A DNA stretch of 64,000 nt from Ramazzottius varieornatus (Eukaryota; Animalia; Tardigrada): assembly GCA_001949185.1 (NCBI GenBank), contig BDGG01000004.1, positions 3,939,777 through 4,003,776 on the forward strand. The letters run 5' to 3'. Made by a program: the position numbers and the translations under genes. Under the pieces are notes generated by a model. The model ran no database searches and was not told where the DNA came from. It worked only from the letters and a program-made list of their open reading frames with translations. Below are positions 1-13,855 of this stretch, piece by piece; within the stretch, counting starts at the first letter, position 1, and each line of letters starts with the position of its first letter.

Positions 1-155
1 TGGCAGGAGCTTTCACGTCGGCTAATTCAACTTGCTTAAATAATCAGACAAGCAAAACTTGATGCAAGTTTACAAGTCTTGCTGATGCTGTCGAAAGGCC
101 AATTTATGGGCTGTGAGTGACCTTGACCCGACACTGAATAAACTTCAACAGTGTA

Positions 156-691
156 CTGTAATGCTTCTTGAACTTCGCGTATAGGCGCTTGTTTTAGGCT
201 CAGTTTTTGACTGGCTGTTTCAATCCTGACGTATCAGCACGCCTGATGGCTGTGTAAGGTGACATAGAAGAGCTCGTAGCAGATCGTTTGATCGCTCTGA
301 CTGATACATGCTCGCAATGTTTGGACTGGCGCCCGAAAGAGCTTTCCATACTACCGCAAACTGCTGACTCATACAGCAGTCTGCCAAGCTCAGCCGTGCG
401 TTTCTCTCAGTGCAACTTCCCCAAACTGTTGGCCGTGTTGTCTGTGCGCCGTGCTTGCTGGCACAGAAACGTACGCCATCGCACAACGCTGAACTGATAC
501 AATCACACCAGAGGCAACGGCGGAACGAAAGGGACAGAAATGCTGTACGCCGATCGGCTATAAAGTCTTCGCGAAGCACATCATCATACGCGAAAAGTTG
601 AACCCCGGTTCGAAAATTTTGCTCTAGCAACTCCTTAAGGGGTGTTTCGCGCGTATGATGACGTATTACGCGAAGTTCAAGAGCATTACAG
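156..691. mobile_element. Non-autonomous TA-flanked DNA transposon (pogo/Tc1-mariner-type MITE), 536 bp
   Basis: TA|CTGTAATGCTTCTTGAACTTCGCGTA starts at 154, and its near-perfect inverse TACGCGAAGTTCAAGAGCATTACAG|TA ends at 691-693. TA target duplication on both sides. Inner inverted sub-repeat catcatacgcg/cgcgtatgatg. Confidence 0.85.
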
Positions 692-1566
692 TATTGTGAA
701 ATAAGATCGGGTCTGTACAATCAGGGAAGTTCCACAGTGCGCCTCTGACAAAGGAACGTTGAACCATTCATCCTACTGCTCGTATTTCCGGTGCATTCGT
801 CTATGAAGCGCACTATATTCGAAGGCGGATAACCCATGTTCCGGATCACCAAGTTCGGTGCCACCATGTTCCGTTAGCTGGGAATATACTGCTTGAGTCT
901 TTGTTCACGTGAGTTTCCAAGGGGTTTGGCGGTTTCCACTTCCCATAACCGACACCAACAGAGGAAAACATCGGTAAAAAAGCTAGCTATCTGGCTTCGA
1001 ACACAACCTGTTCAAAGTTTCGCTCCAGCAAAATACTCATATTCATACTAGCTGCCCGAAAACATTTCTGGCCCCTTTAAAGCGTATTCGGAACCCCAAC
1101 TTCTGTTGTAACTTCCGCAGTGACGTCAACGCGCTAATTGTCGACTATTCAAAAACTCAGATAGGAACCTGATTTAAGTCGTAAAATTTTGAACCTTCGG
1201 ACTTCGTTAGTATTGACAGCCAGTGAAAGTACTGACAACTGCGAAAAGGAGGTCGCAAATTGCTAGCACTTTTACTTCCGGCCAACTCACAAACAAGCAA
1301 GAAAAGCTTCACACATTAATTTTGTTGTACACTGCTCGTACTCTGAAAGCTCTTCAGCAAACTAATCATAATATTTGAAAAGGTCAAAATTTAAAACGTA
1401 TCTAATTAGTACTAACACCGATCTATGAATAAAGTATAACAATGAAGGTCGCTGTGTTCGAGGCCATGAGAAGAAATAAGGAGGAAGCTTTTCACAACGA
1501 AAAATAAATCACTAAAATTTCTACTGACAAACCGGTACGGTACCATCAGGCTCGTGCGGTTATCCA

Positions 1567-4500
1567 TCACGCCACCATGTGCTTGTACTTCCAGTCCGCT
1601 AATGGCACAAGTCCCCGCTTCACCGATTGTTCTGACGTCCATCGGAGCAGATAATGGGGACCTCCTGCCTTATCATTGGTTCCTGAATGTCTGGCGCCGC
1701 CAAAGGGCTGCTGGCCCACGACAGCCCCCGTCGACTTGTCGTTGATGTATAAGTTACCAGCTGCGAAGCGCAGCTTCCTTCGCCACATTTCCAAAACGGA
1801 CCTGAAAAACGAACAAAACAGTGAAGATAAATGGGACGTCGGCAGATGAATCGAAGATGATCGTCATATAAAGTGGCGCACGTGTTCGTTGTTAATGGCT
1901 AGAACTATGCGCCACTTGAGAAAACGATCATGTTCGGTTCATTTGCCAAGGACCCAAATTTTCAATATCAAAACTGATAATATAAAAGACCGTACTCGTC
2001 CTTTGCAAAAATAGCTCCGGTAAGGGAGAACGGTGTAGTGGTTTGCACGAGCTTGACAACTCCTTCCATATCGTTCGCTGGGTAAACGTAAATGCTAAGT
2101 ACAGGACCGAAAATTTCTTCCTTCATGATCTTGTCTTTTGCATGTGTCGTCACATCCACGATTGTGGGTTCTATAAAGTATCCTTTCCTGAAACACGAAG
2201 GCAAGAATAGGCTAAAGTTAAGTCTTTATTTTATGGTTGAGCTTGTCTCTACTTACGATTTGTCAGTTTTTCCACCGGCGATAACTTTCAGCTCTTTCGA
2301 GTTATGAGCGTGTTCGATGTAACTCTTCACGCGTTCGAATGACCTTTCGTCGATGACCGCCGACATGAAAGTATCGAATTCTACAGGCTGTAAAAGCAAT
2401 AGATAACAATTACTAGCACATATGGGACGTCGGCTCACGATTTCACCCAGATGGTTATCCCAAGTGGCGCACATTTATATTGTAACTGGCTGAGACCGTG
2501 CGTCGCTCGGTAAAACGATATGGGTTATCCTATTTGCCATCTTCCTACATAATAGACCTGTTTCGTAAGTCACGGTTCGCCTCTGAATAGAATAAAATCT
2601 CATGATTTTATACTGTGTCAGTTTCTGTGCAGAAACCGTTTCGCGGTTTGCTCACTTCCGGTACAGAGTATTGGGATATAAAGCATAAAGGGATATTAGG
2701 CCGCGCGAGTTCAGCAGGGCATCGGAATTCGCGGGGCCTGTCATTTAGCCCTCTACTGGATAAAGCCCGGACTTCTTTCGCTTTTTCTGGCGATAGTTTC
2801 GGGAAGACAATTGTCTCTTCCTAACTTCAATACTAGTTTCGGTCGAAAAAATGATGGATTTCGAGAAGGAACGAGAGCGGAAGTCAAGTGGTGCAATGTG
2901 GGAGAGGCGTGTAGCTCGGATCACTTGACGCGCCAAGTCCAATTCGTTGATTGGCCTGATCACGCTCCACTCCACCAAAATTTAAAAGTTCGACCAAAGT
3001 GGTCAATAGTGCAACCAACTCAGCTTGCACAGAATTTCAAATTCTGCGCAGCGATATTAGGCAAAACATGAGCCGTGGATAACTGCACAGCATAAAACCT
3101 ATACTTATGCCGTGCAAGCCGAAAACATGACTTGCGAAACAGGTCCAATGTCTACAGCCATATTGTATATGTTCCCCTCTGTCCTCTGTTCAAGTATTTC
3201 AAGGCCCAAAGGTGGACTACTTACGCTTCCAAGTTTGATCTTTGAGTGTTGCTCCAAGAGCTGCTTCCTGAATTCCGGCCATATATCATCAGGAACATAG
3301 GCACGGGAACACGCGGAACACTTTTGGCCACTGTACTCGAAGGCTGACCGTATCGTATTGTTGACGGCATGCGGGATGTCCGCCGAGCTGTGTATCAGAT
3401 GGAAGTTCTTTCCACCAGCTTCGCCCACTATCCGCGGGAAGTTCTTATACGTGTTCAGGTTGTCCGCTACCTTCTTCCACAGCCACTGGAAGGTCCTGTG
3501 AGAACAAATATTATTCGAAACAACTCTTTATCGACAGGTGACTAAGTGACATTTACGAGACACTGCCGGTAAAGTTGATTCCTCCAAGATGCGGGGACCG
3601 CGTGACGGCACTGCCGAAGGTTGGTCCATCAGCGGGTAGGAAGTTGATGACTCCGGGCGGAAGTCCAGCTTCTTGGAAGATTTTGAAAACGATATAGTTG
3701 GATAACACAGCAGTATCTGAAGGTTTCCATAAGACCACATTGCCCTGAAGAAGTAAATTATCATCACGGAGAATAACAGGGCGTATATGGAAAACGGATC
3801 TGAGAAAATACGATACCATTAAAGCAGGCGCGGCAGAGAGGTTGCCGCCGATAGCCGTAAAGTTGAAAGGTGGAACGGCAGCCACGAAACCCTAAAATCA
3901 CATACCACAGATCATAGTTCTGATAAGGATGTACAAGTGTACTGTAGATCACCAGCCGGTAACATACCTCAAGTCCACGGTACACCATACTGTTCTTAGC
4001 CGATGTAGTGCTGATAGGTTGATAACGTGTCATCTCCAAGGCAAACTGGACATTCATCCGCAGAAAGTCCGCAAGCTCCGCGGCTGCATCGATTTCGGCC
4101 TGCCAGACAGTTTTGCCCTACAGAAACGTGGAACCATGCATTAAGATGCAGAGAGAGGAAGAGACGACCAGCACCTGCTCAGCGAACGCTAAGTCCGAGC
4201 TTACTTGTCCGAGCATTGTAGCAGCTAACAGGTCCGCACGATACTTGTTGGAAACTAGGTCTGCAGCACGCAGAAAGATCTTCGCTCTTTCTTCTAATGG
4301 CGTAACCTCCCATTCTTTCTGTGCTTCTATGCTGACGGCGATTGCATCTTGGATAATATCCTGCGAACGGAAACCTCCAAAGTTACTTTACAATTCGACA
4401 TCAGGGATAAAATACCACTACTGCGCAACTTCATGTCGCAACTCACCGCACTGGCATGGTAAAACTTGGCGAGCTTGTTACGATGTTCAAAAGGCTAAAA

Positions 4501-5016
4501 TGCAAGACAGTGATTATACGAAAGATGACTTCAGTCACATCGGTCGAATGACAAATTACGATCCAAGAGGACGTTTGCGTACCTTAACTTGGAAACGGAA
4601 ATCTCGGGTTCGCTTTTCCTGATCGCCAACAACAATGGGCACTTCCGTCATCTGAGACTGCAGACGAGCAAGGGAAGCTTGCACACGTTTGCGTTCAGGA
4701 CTGTCTTTGAGATATTCAAACATGGGTTCATTCTCAGCCTTGAAGTGCGTCAGATCAGCGTTAACTTTTGGTGCTTCAGGCGCGATAGCTTCCTTGACTT
4801 CTTCCAATGCCTGCATCAGCCCTATCTGTCGTCTAACTAACCTGCAAGGTACTTCGTCAAACAATTTGTAAAGAAGAGCATTGTGCTGACTGCTGAAAGG
4901 GGGTGAACATCCTAAAAGGCGGACTGCAGTTACCTGTTGGACATCCCCAAGCGCCATGCCGTCTGCTTCTGCGCATCCACTAGCCTCTTTGCAGCTCGCT
5001 TTGCTGCCAACATCAT
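1567..5016 (-). CDS. ALDH4A1: Delta-1-pyrroline-5-carboxylate dehydrogenase, mitochondrial (multi-exon)
   Basis: Exons encode [48 protein letters not shown] (catalytic Cys), EEIFGP and [21 protein letters not shown]. The first exon [12 protein letters not shown]... looks like a mitochondrial presequence. GT-AG introns. Confidence 0.96.
1832..1956. repeat. 125-bp palindromic dispersed element, copy A (ALDH4A1 intron)
   Basis: Arms tgggacgtcggcagatgaatcgaagatgatcgt...aagtggcgca and tgcgccactt...acgatcatgttcggttcatttgcc...ccca. Confidence 0.85.
2423..2547. repeat. 125-bp palindromic element, copy B (ALDH4A1 intron)
   Basis: tgggacgtcggc...caagtggcgcac...gtgcgtcgctcgg...acgat...atttgcc; same length and layout as copy A. 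Confidence 0.75.
2613..3090. mobile_element. Possible degenerate TIR element in the long ALDH4A1 intron
   Basis: ttttatactgtgtcagtt at ~2606 versus aactgcacagcataaaa at ~3081 (imperfect inverse), with several internal hairpins. Confidence 0.4.
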
Positions 5017-5889
5017 GAGCACGAAGCACCAAAGACAATCTACTCACAAGTGCAGACTTTGAATCAGGAGGAACGAGGAATCTGTAAGCGCGAGATCGAA
5101 AATCAGAACTCAGAACGACCATCAGAACGACCAGCATTCAGTCAGATCTGTTATCAGAAGTTCTCGCTCAATCAGCTGTGTTTGTGTAAACAATGCTCAT
5201 TCACATGCTAGAAAGTTTAAGAGAAGGTCGGCCAGCCTGGGCGAATTCGGGCTACGGTGTAGACTTGCTGGAAATTCTTAGTTTTTGGCGAATTTGGCGA
5301 ATGAAGGAACAGGTGTCGAGCGCAGGTGTGCATTGCGCATCAGAACATGACGACACGCACCTAAAAACAGCGGTTCTGTCACCGTTTAACTTGATTAGAT
5401 TCACTCGAACGCTGAAAAACTACAAGACTGCTTGGTGGACGAAAATTTGCACTGCGTATTCAACCGGTAAAGAGGCTGAACAAAGTAGTCGAATTGAGCC
5501 AATCGCAGATTTATTCAGGAAATGGAAAATTTCCAGCAACTCTACTACGCTGGAAGATAACGGCGGACCCCGGGCGCTCAGTCTGCTCCGGTCCGGGTCA
5601 CCGGAAGTTGAGATTGTTTTGCATCTTTATATTTTTCTATGCTATGATTCCCGCAGTAGAATCTTCCTTGCCAGTGCCGACTACGTCTGCGGTGGGGCAG
5701 AGTTGTATGGTGGTGCTTAGTGTGATGACCAGATGATCTATTCAGTCTGCTAGAAAGGACAGTGACAACCGACAAGTCGCTTCTATCAGTACCTCAAGAA
5801 CGTCAATCAGCATCGAGTATTCTAATTCTATCTCGCGCAAACCAACCGGAAGTCAAGACGTCTAGTCTGGACCAAAAGGAGTTGGTATC

Positions 5890-7200
5890 ATGGCAGCAAA
5901 ACCGCGGGAGCAACTGTCCCAGGTCGACTTAAGACGCTTGATGAAAGAGAAATCAGCCAAGAAGGTCGAGTCACCGTTTGCCAAGTAAGCATTGTACACT
6001 ACGCACCGTGATTCCGCATAGCCTGTATACAGTACTAGTTACGTCCGGTGCCTGTCCTGCTTTGGATTTGGATCACGTTTGCTTTACCCCACGATCGTTG
6101 TTGAACTGTCTAACTTGTCCGTGTTGATTACAGGTACGATCCGGTAACCGGCCTGCTGTCCTGCCTCGCCTGTAAAATTCCGATAAAGAATGAAACCTTG
6201 TGGATGGCTCATGAAAACGGACGACAACATCAACAGGTGACAAGCAAAATTTGGTACTGTTGTTTCGGACTTTTAGTCAAGGTTTCTTCTCAAAAATGAC
6301 AAAATTACGAAAAACGTAGGAGCCGTATACCACCGATTCTTCTCTGATTGCAGGCTGGGCTGAGTGTGAAGTCCAGAAACGCTGCAACAGGACTCAAGCC
6401 ATCTCCCGTGTCGGCCGCGAGCAAACGACCAGCGGACAGAAACCCCGTAAGCCAGTCCCAGCAAGCACCGAAGAAGCCAAAGAACTCAGAACTGCCGCAG
6501 AGGTACTGCGTAAGCTCTGTATTGCTATCACGAAGCCAGTTTTTTTTATATAGACCACATCGTAGGCGGAAGTCCCACAGAAACGCCCTATCCATGTTGG
6601 AATGCTTCGTTTCAAAAACTGTAATTTGGTTTTCGTTTCAGAACCACGGAGGATATATTTACACACGTGAAGCCTCATGATTCCTCTGCGACGAATATTA
6701 CCAAAACGGTGAAGCATGTGATCGCGTCTGCGGTTCCGGACAACGGAGAAGGACAGCAGCAGTTACAGGCCGATGATCAAGACACTTCCTCTATTATCCC
6801 GGAAAATTTCTTCGATAACCCAACCAAGAATATCGCTCAAAAACAGGAACGCGAGAAGAAAGCTCAGGCCGAAGACGAATGGTCCAAATTCCAGAAGAGT
6901 ATCCAGGAAGAAAGCCACAAGTCCGCAGTGATAATCGAAGAGGACGACGAGAAAGCAACGAAGCAGAAAGAGCTGGATCAGATCGACGAACAGATGGCCA
7001 GGTGGGAGAAAATCAAGGCGTTAGAAATACAGAAGGAGGAAGCAGCCAAGAAACTGGCCAGTGGTTCCGCCGCAGCGGAAAAATCTACGGCTGAAAAAAT
7101 CGAAGACGCTTCCAACCAGTCTGACGACAACAGTGACGATGATCTCGACTTTTTAGACTGGCGTAAGAAAAGCATCTTCTCATCATTAAGACCGAAGTAG
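5890..7200 (+). CDS. ZNF830: Zinc finger protein 830 / CCDC16 (splicing-associated; multi-exon)
   Basis: MAAKPREQLSQVDLRRLMKEK...ESPFAK|YD...LSCLACKIPIKNETLWMAHENGRQH zinc finger, IPENFFD, EWSKFQKSI and C-terminal DFLDWRKK. Confidence 0.9.
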
Positions 7201-7426
7201 CTCTGATTTTATATTGCTGCGAAATTTCCTTCTGGATTCCAAACTGATATTCAGGGCAGTTATAGGCAGAGTTTGTTACCTGAGCTCGAAAACAATATTG
7301 TGATAGCTGCATGTACAGACCGGACGAGCGCAGTTCTCATGTAGACTTTCTTAATGGTGTTTACGTCAACAAGAAACATATGGAAAGTGCTTTGATCGGA
7401 GAACAGTAAAGATGTCTGAAGGGTAT

Positions 7427-8860
7427 TTATTCATGCCTCCTTCTGATTTGCTTTTTGGTATCTTCGCCCACTTTCCGTTTCCTGAATGTGCACGAGCCTC
7501 CTTCCTCTGCTTGGAGCGAACCAACAGTTTTAGTTTTAAATTCAGTCTTGGTGATTTCTTCATAGGCTTGTTCCGCTGCCACGGTGTGAACGCGCTCGTT
7601 CAGTTCGGAGGCCGCAGATCTTGCAGTTGGTTCGAGGTATACAAAAGGCTGCTCCCTGCAACGATAGATAAAAGTACTAAAATTAAAAATCACACCGAAA
7701 CTGATCAGACGAGGTCAGCGCTACAGATAAACAAAAAAGCAAAGCTCGTAAGCTCTTCGCCAGCGAACTCTCCATATAGTGAAAAACGTACTCATTGTTC
7801 TTCACGGTGTGCCAACCGCCAAGAGTTTCGGGAGTATCGAGTGAGCGAGGCAGTGGCTTTGTCCGCAAAGCCGGAACGGTTTCTCCCTGTAAGCAAAGTA
7901 GCAAACCCAGGTTAAAGAACTGCCACCCTCCCTGTCTCAAAACTCTAAGCTCACTTCTACTACGGCTCCTTGTGCTTCCAGTTGATCGGCCAAAGACAAG
8001 AATCCTTCCGGCGGTGCATCCCACCGGCTTTCTGTGTGGAGATTGGAGGACCATCAGTTTACTGTGCTATACTGCGAACTATCGTCGTGATGAGTATCGT
8101 ACCTGATGTTTCCGAGTTATAGAAGTACGAATAACCGTCTTCGGACTTGGCTTCCTTCCATTTCTTTGAGGCAGCTTCTTTAGCTTTCTTTTTCTGAATT
8201 GTAGTGACCGCGTTCAGGACCCTTTCTTGCCCAAGATCCAGTTTCCTTAACGTCATATCGGAAGGCACGGATGTTGTTGCTACTGCTGGGCCATCCGTTT
8301 TGGACCCTGAGCCGAGGACGGTGGATCTCGAAGATGCAGTCCCGTACTTCCAGGCTATCGACGGGTTTGCGGATAGGTCCTTTGCGTAAGCTGCCATGGC
8401 GGCCTAAGACAAAAAGTTGCTATAATGTCGTGCCCGAGGGTAAAGTTTCGTGGACAAGATACGTTTTGGGCTTCTGTGATATATAGACTCGTTACCACTT
8501 CGATTTTCTCCAGGTCGGTTTGGACAGCAGACTTTGCTCCAGAGTCGGTTTTGCCCTTCTTTGTCGCCTGTTGAAAAGAAAATGAACTCAATGATCTTCC
8601 AGACGTTCTCACGACAAACCGATTAAAATCCTCTATGCTTTTACCAAAGCCACGTACGTCTTTGATGCGCTCACGGACAGCTTCTTTGTGACGAGTTCCT
8701 CTTTCGTGGAAGTCTATACTCTGCAAGCAAGCAAGCAAGCGTATCAGCAGCTGGATGCACTTCGCCGACGAACGCGTAAGCTTACCGCCTTGTTGTCTTG
8801 AAACCAGCACTTGCAGAGATCACAGTACTTCTTGGGAAGTGATTTCCAGTATTCCGTCAT
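7427..8860 (-). CDS. WBP4: WW domain-binding protein 4 (FBP21; matrin-type zinc finger + WW)
   Basis: First exon MTEYWKSLPKKYCDLCKCWFQDNKA, then SIDFHERGTRHKEAV, a WW motif WKEAKSEDGYSYFYNSETSG, and C-terminal FKTKTVGSL...FRKRK...IRRR. Confidence 0.9.
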
Positions 8861-9755
8861 CCTGGAAAATTAAGGTTCGTCCGCTGGAGTTCAGTGTCCG
8901 GCTCAATGCCCACGCTATCACTCTGGCCCACGTTAGTCCTTCGGGGTTTGCCTTGCGAGTTCCCCACGTCTGACGACACCCCAATTCGCACAAGAGTCTT
9001 AACACAGTACCCAATTACAAATTCTCCAAAAGCGCACTTGAGTTGAGAAGTTGAGACGGAACCCTGATTCTGTTTGTTTTGTTGCCGCCGATACAGTGTG
9101 AGGCTATTACGTAATGCTCGCAGAGCTTACTAAAAAACCTTGCATGCGACTTGATACCCCATGCTATCCCATGTCAAACCACTTCAGGTGGTCTAACATG
9201 GGATTTTTGGGCACGAGCTGTCGTTGCGGAGCTGGTTTTGTTCGTAAGGTTGTGTTGGAACCCCTCCGCTGAACTTTGCCCAGTGAAGGGCAAAGTACAA
9301 CATTAGTGGAGATAAGCTTGTGAATGGAATGTGACTGGGGAGAAGCGAAAGTAGGTCACAAAAGAAGGAGATAAGGCTATAGCATTGTATTCTGAATCAC
9401 AGGGAGTAATCCAATGGTTCGGAACTTGGGATACGCGCTGCCATCATCCCAGTTCCCGTTTTCTTCCCTTTTAGCCTCCCTCGGCGGCAACAGTACCCGT
9501 TAGGGTGCCGCCCCGCAAATACAACTTACAATCGCTGAGTTTTAAGGTCAGCTTCTCCAACTTACCGTGAGGGGTGTCAGGGCACTGAGGGGCAGTTTTT
9601 GGAAACGCTCTTCCATTAATTTATGATTGAGCGTTGAACGAGCGATGACATTTTCCCATATCACCATTCAATGGCGTTCATTTCTCCATATGATCAATGT
9701 CGTTGGATCTCGATCTTCAGTTTTCTACCCTGTGATATTGGATGAGACCTGAAAG

Positions 9756-12700
9756 ATGGGAAAGGCTAAGAAATCTTCGAAGGAGGACGAAGGCACGTCG
9801 GAAGCGCGAAGCAGCGGTCACGGAATGTCCAAACGAAAACGCGCAAGTGATCCGGACGTCGAGCTGAGCTCGCTAACCATGACCCATCTTCACGACAACA
9901 TCCAAGACGACGATATCGAGATGGTGTGCAGCTCCGACGAGGACGACAACGATCCCAAGTCCAGGCGTAAAGATAGGTAAGAGGTGGATTCAGCCAACGA
10001 GCCTTTCGTTAAAGAACGCTTCTGGTTATCAGTAAATGCATCATTACATGATTGTGTGCCTTTATGCTCTTTCACAGTGTTTATGTTTTAGAGCTATCGC
10101 CAGTACATCGGCAGCCGATGATGACACTCTCCGTATAGCAGGACTTCAGACTGACGCTCTAGTAACAGAAGTCCGAAACGACGAATTTGGGGCGAAGGAT
10201 TATCGAAGCCAGATGGAACTGAAGCCTGACCATATGTCAAGGCCGCTTTGGGTAGCTCCGGATGGACATATCTTCCTTGAAGCCTTCTCTCCGGTATATC
10301 GTCACGCTCAGGATTTCTTAGTAGCCATCTCGGAACCAGTCTGCCGACCAGAACGTATTCATGAATACAAGCTGACGGCGTATTCTCTGTACGCCGCGGT
10401 TTCCGTGGGCTTACAGACAGCTGATATTATCGAATACCTCAAACGGCTAAGCAAGACTAATCTTCCGAAAGGTACCTAAGATACACCATTCCGCTGAATG
10501 AAACGAGGATTCACTGTATGGTCTCTGTTGATTAGGTATAGAGGAATTCATCCGTCTGTGTACCATCAGCTACGGCAAGCTAAAGCTTGTGTTGAAGCAG
10601 AACCGTTACTTCGTCGAGACTATCCACCCCGATGTCATACAGACTCTATTGAAAGACGAAGTCATCAGCCAGTGCCGACTGCGGTACGATGAACAGGCAC
10701 CGCTGACAGAGGATCCCGCAGGAAAGTCCGGACCGACCTTCGCAGGTTCGACTACCCTTCCGAATGAGGATGAATCAACACAAGCGGAGAAAGATTCAGT
10801 ACCTCAAGATATCGTCGACTTCTACGACAAAATAGACAGGGATGAAGACGATGAGGCGGAAGTTCAATCGAAGGTTAGTTGACATGTGGGTTTTTTCGAA
10901 TGCAATGACAATTACTAACTCTGCTGTTTTTGTGTTTCAGGTCGTTTCATTCGAAGTGAAGCAAGACTTGATCGAAGTGCTTCAAAAGCGTTGCATCGAG
11001 TTGGAGTATCCCCTCCTTGCCGAATACGACTTCCGGCATGATCAGCATAACCCCGACATCAATCTGGACTTGAAGCCGTCTGCTTCACATCGTCCCTATC
11101 AAGAGAAGAGTCTCCGAAAAATGTTTGGTAATGGCAGAGCTCGATCGGGGATCATCGTGCTGCCCTGTGGAGCAGGAAAAACCCTCGTCGGCGTGACGGC
11201 GTGCTGTACCGTTCGCAAGCGCTGTTTGGTCCTGTGTAACTCTGGTGTATCGGTGGAACAGTGGCGTTCGCAGTTTAAGATCTGGTCCACCGCGGACGAA
11301 CAGATGATCTGCCGTTTCACCGCAGATTCGAAGGACAAACCTCATGCCAATGCCGGAGTGTGTATTACGACGTATAATATGATTGCCCATACGCAAAAAG
11401 TAAGATTTTATTTTATCGATTCTATAACTAAAAGGAATTGCGTATCTTACATGAACCTGCGTACTGGGAAATTGTGGTAGATGCGAACTTGCTCATATTC
11501 GTGTGCATGAAGACCAGCCCCTTCTGCTGCTTTGATCTCTTGTCGGTGGTTTTGGTTTTGGGCGTTTTGACGTTCCTGATCTCTTAGGTTCGTTTGTTCG
11601 CTCTTGTGCTTAATCTTCACGCTGTGTTTTAGCGATCTTGGGAAGCGGAGAAGATTATGGAATGGCTAAAGAGTCAAGAATGGGGTCTGATGGTCCTGGA
11701 CGAGGTCCACACCATTCCAGCCAAGATGTTCCGAAGGGTGCTAACCATCGTTAACGCCCACTGCAAGCTTGGCCTGACGGCTACCCTGGTTCGCGAAGAT
11801 GACAAAATCCAAGATCTCAACTTCCTCATAGGACCGAAGCTCTACGAAGCCAACTGGATGGAACTACAGAATAAGGGCTTCTTGGCGCGTGTCCAGTGCG
11901 CTGAGGTCTGGTGCCCCATGTCGCCAGAGTTCTTCCGCGAATACCTTGAGATCAAAACCAGGAAACAGACCTTGTTGTACGTGATGAACCCGAACAAGAT
12001 TCGGGCGCTGGAGTTTTTGGTCAAGTACCACGAAAGACGCAACGACAAGGCAAGCTTGAAATGTTATGAGCCTGCATACGGGAGCGCTATAGTAAACTTG
12101 AGACTTAATGTATGCAGGTTGATGAATATGGTTGTGCTGTCTTCTGCTCTAGGTGATCGTCTTCTGCGACAACGTCTTCGCCTTGAAGAACATCGCGCTG
12201 AAGATGGGGAAACCTTACATCTACGGTCCAACAGCCCAAGCAGAGCGTCTTCAGATTCTCCAAAACTTCCAGCATAACCCTCGCTTGAACACAATCTTCG
12301 TGTCCAAAGTAGCCGATACCAGCTTCGACTTACCAGAAGCCAACGTTCTCATTCAGATATCCTCACAAGGTGGTTCGCGTCGTCAGGAAGCGCAACGTCT
12401 CGGTCGTATCCTGCGTCCAAAGAAAGGCTCCATTGCTGAAGAGTACAACGCTTTCTTCTACTCGTTGGTCTCGCAGGACACCAGTGAGATGTACTTCGCT
12501 CGACGACGTCAGCGCTTCCTGGTGAATCAAGGCTATTCGTACAAAGTCATTACGAGATTGGCCGGGATGGAAGATGAGACGCTATCGCTGTCAAAGAAGG
12601 AACAGCAGCTGGAGCTTTTGCGAATCGTCATGGCGGCTTCTGACACGGATATCAACGAAGAAGACAAGATTGTCGGTTCGACAAGAGAGACCGGTGGTAA

Positions 12701-12946
12701 GGTCCAGATGACGCGGAAGGCTGGCAATATGGGCTCGTTCAGTGGGGCTGACGACTCGGTAAGACATTTTTGGTACCTTTCGCACATTGATGGAGAGGAC
12801 CGGGTTTTGAAGTTTGGCGGTTTTCGTAGGTTTACATGGAGTACAAGGACGGTAAGCAAGCTGGTCGGAGTGGCCGCGGAGCCGCAAGCTCCAAAAATGA
12901 GAATCAACATACCTTGTTCAAGAAGTTCCGAAGTTCCAAAAAGTAA
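9756..12946 (+). CDS. ERCC3: TFIIH helicase XPB (multi-exon)
   Basis: [25 protein letters not shown], Walker [25 protein letters not shown] and [12 protein letters not shown]-terminus ends ...[12 protein letters not shown]. Confidence 0.98.
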
Positions 12947-13575
12947 GGTTCCAAAAAATGCTAGAAGCCTAATGTACTGTTCTGACAGTGTTCTGATCCT
13001 TTATTCTAACGCTTTGTAGATTTTATCATTTATATTCAGATTTTTTATTACTCATCCCAGCTCATCTGTTCTTAGCTCTGGAACCGCCATAGTTGTACAG
13101 CCCATAGAAGCGAAGCAGAAAACAGCTGCCTGCGTTTACCTGATAAACCAACCGCGCTGTTTTTTGCACTTTGTTAGATACTTAATTCTCTGAGTGAGTC
13201 TGAGACTGAGAACACGAGTCAAGTTATAGAAAAGATCTTTGAACATGAATACAGGATTTGCTACAAGAAAGTGCTAAAAGAAAAATAAAACAGGAAAAGT
13301 CGGTAAGTAAATTTTTGACTCTACACAAACTTCACAGCAGGTGCTGGTTGGATCTGAACCAGCGGAAGTCAGAGTGGAAGTTCAAGTCATAGACACATGG
13401 ATACAGCGCTTCTTGCCTCCTATCGCTGTCCGGCTTCCGGTAATCTTTCCGTACTCTCGAGTCTGCCGGTATTGCCTCAGGAACTCGATGCGCGACATCA
13501 CCTTCGGTCCTTCGCCCTGTTCAACAAACGCACTAATAGAATAAATACTGATACTTCTATGAGGGTTTGAATAAT

Positions 13576-13700
13576 TGAGACGTGAGCAAATGATTCAACC
13601 CAGATCGTAACCGCAAGTGGCGCACGGTTCCAGTTCTATCGGCCAAAAGTGTGCGCCGCTTGGGAGAACGATCGGGTTCAAATCATTTGCCTATGTCCCA
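13576..13700. repeat. 125-bp palindromic element, copy C
   Basis: tgagacgtgagcaaatgattcaacccagatcgt...caagtggcgcac and gtgcgccgcttg...acgatcgggttcaaatcatttgcctatgtccca. Confidence 0.85.
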
Positions 13701-13855
13701 GTTCTTTCATCGTACCTCGGCAGTTGTTGCGGCAGTCAAAGAGCGTCGACCAAACGTCACTAGATCGTGGCCGTCCGAAACAGTCTTGCCAACAGCACCA
13801 ACTGTGGAACTGGCTGAAGCGACAGAGACGCTTGAACCAGAGGTCGCCAGGCAAG

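Noticed and set aside
220-720. 166-aa ORF as a gene
   Set aside because: It lies almost entirely within the TIR element 156-691 and has no recognisable domain.
5193-5720. 175-aa ORF between ALDH4A1 and ZNF830
   Set aside because: No homology or splice support; it sits in a divergent promoter region.
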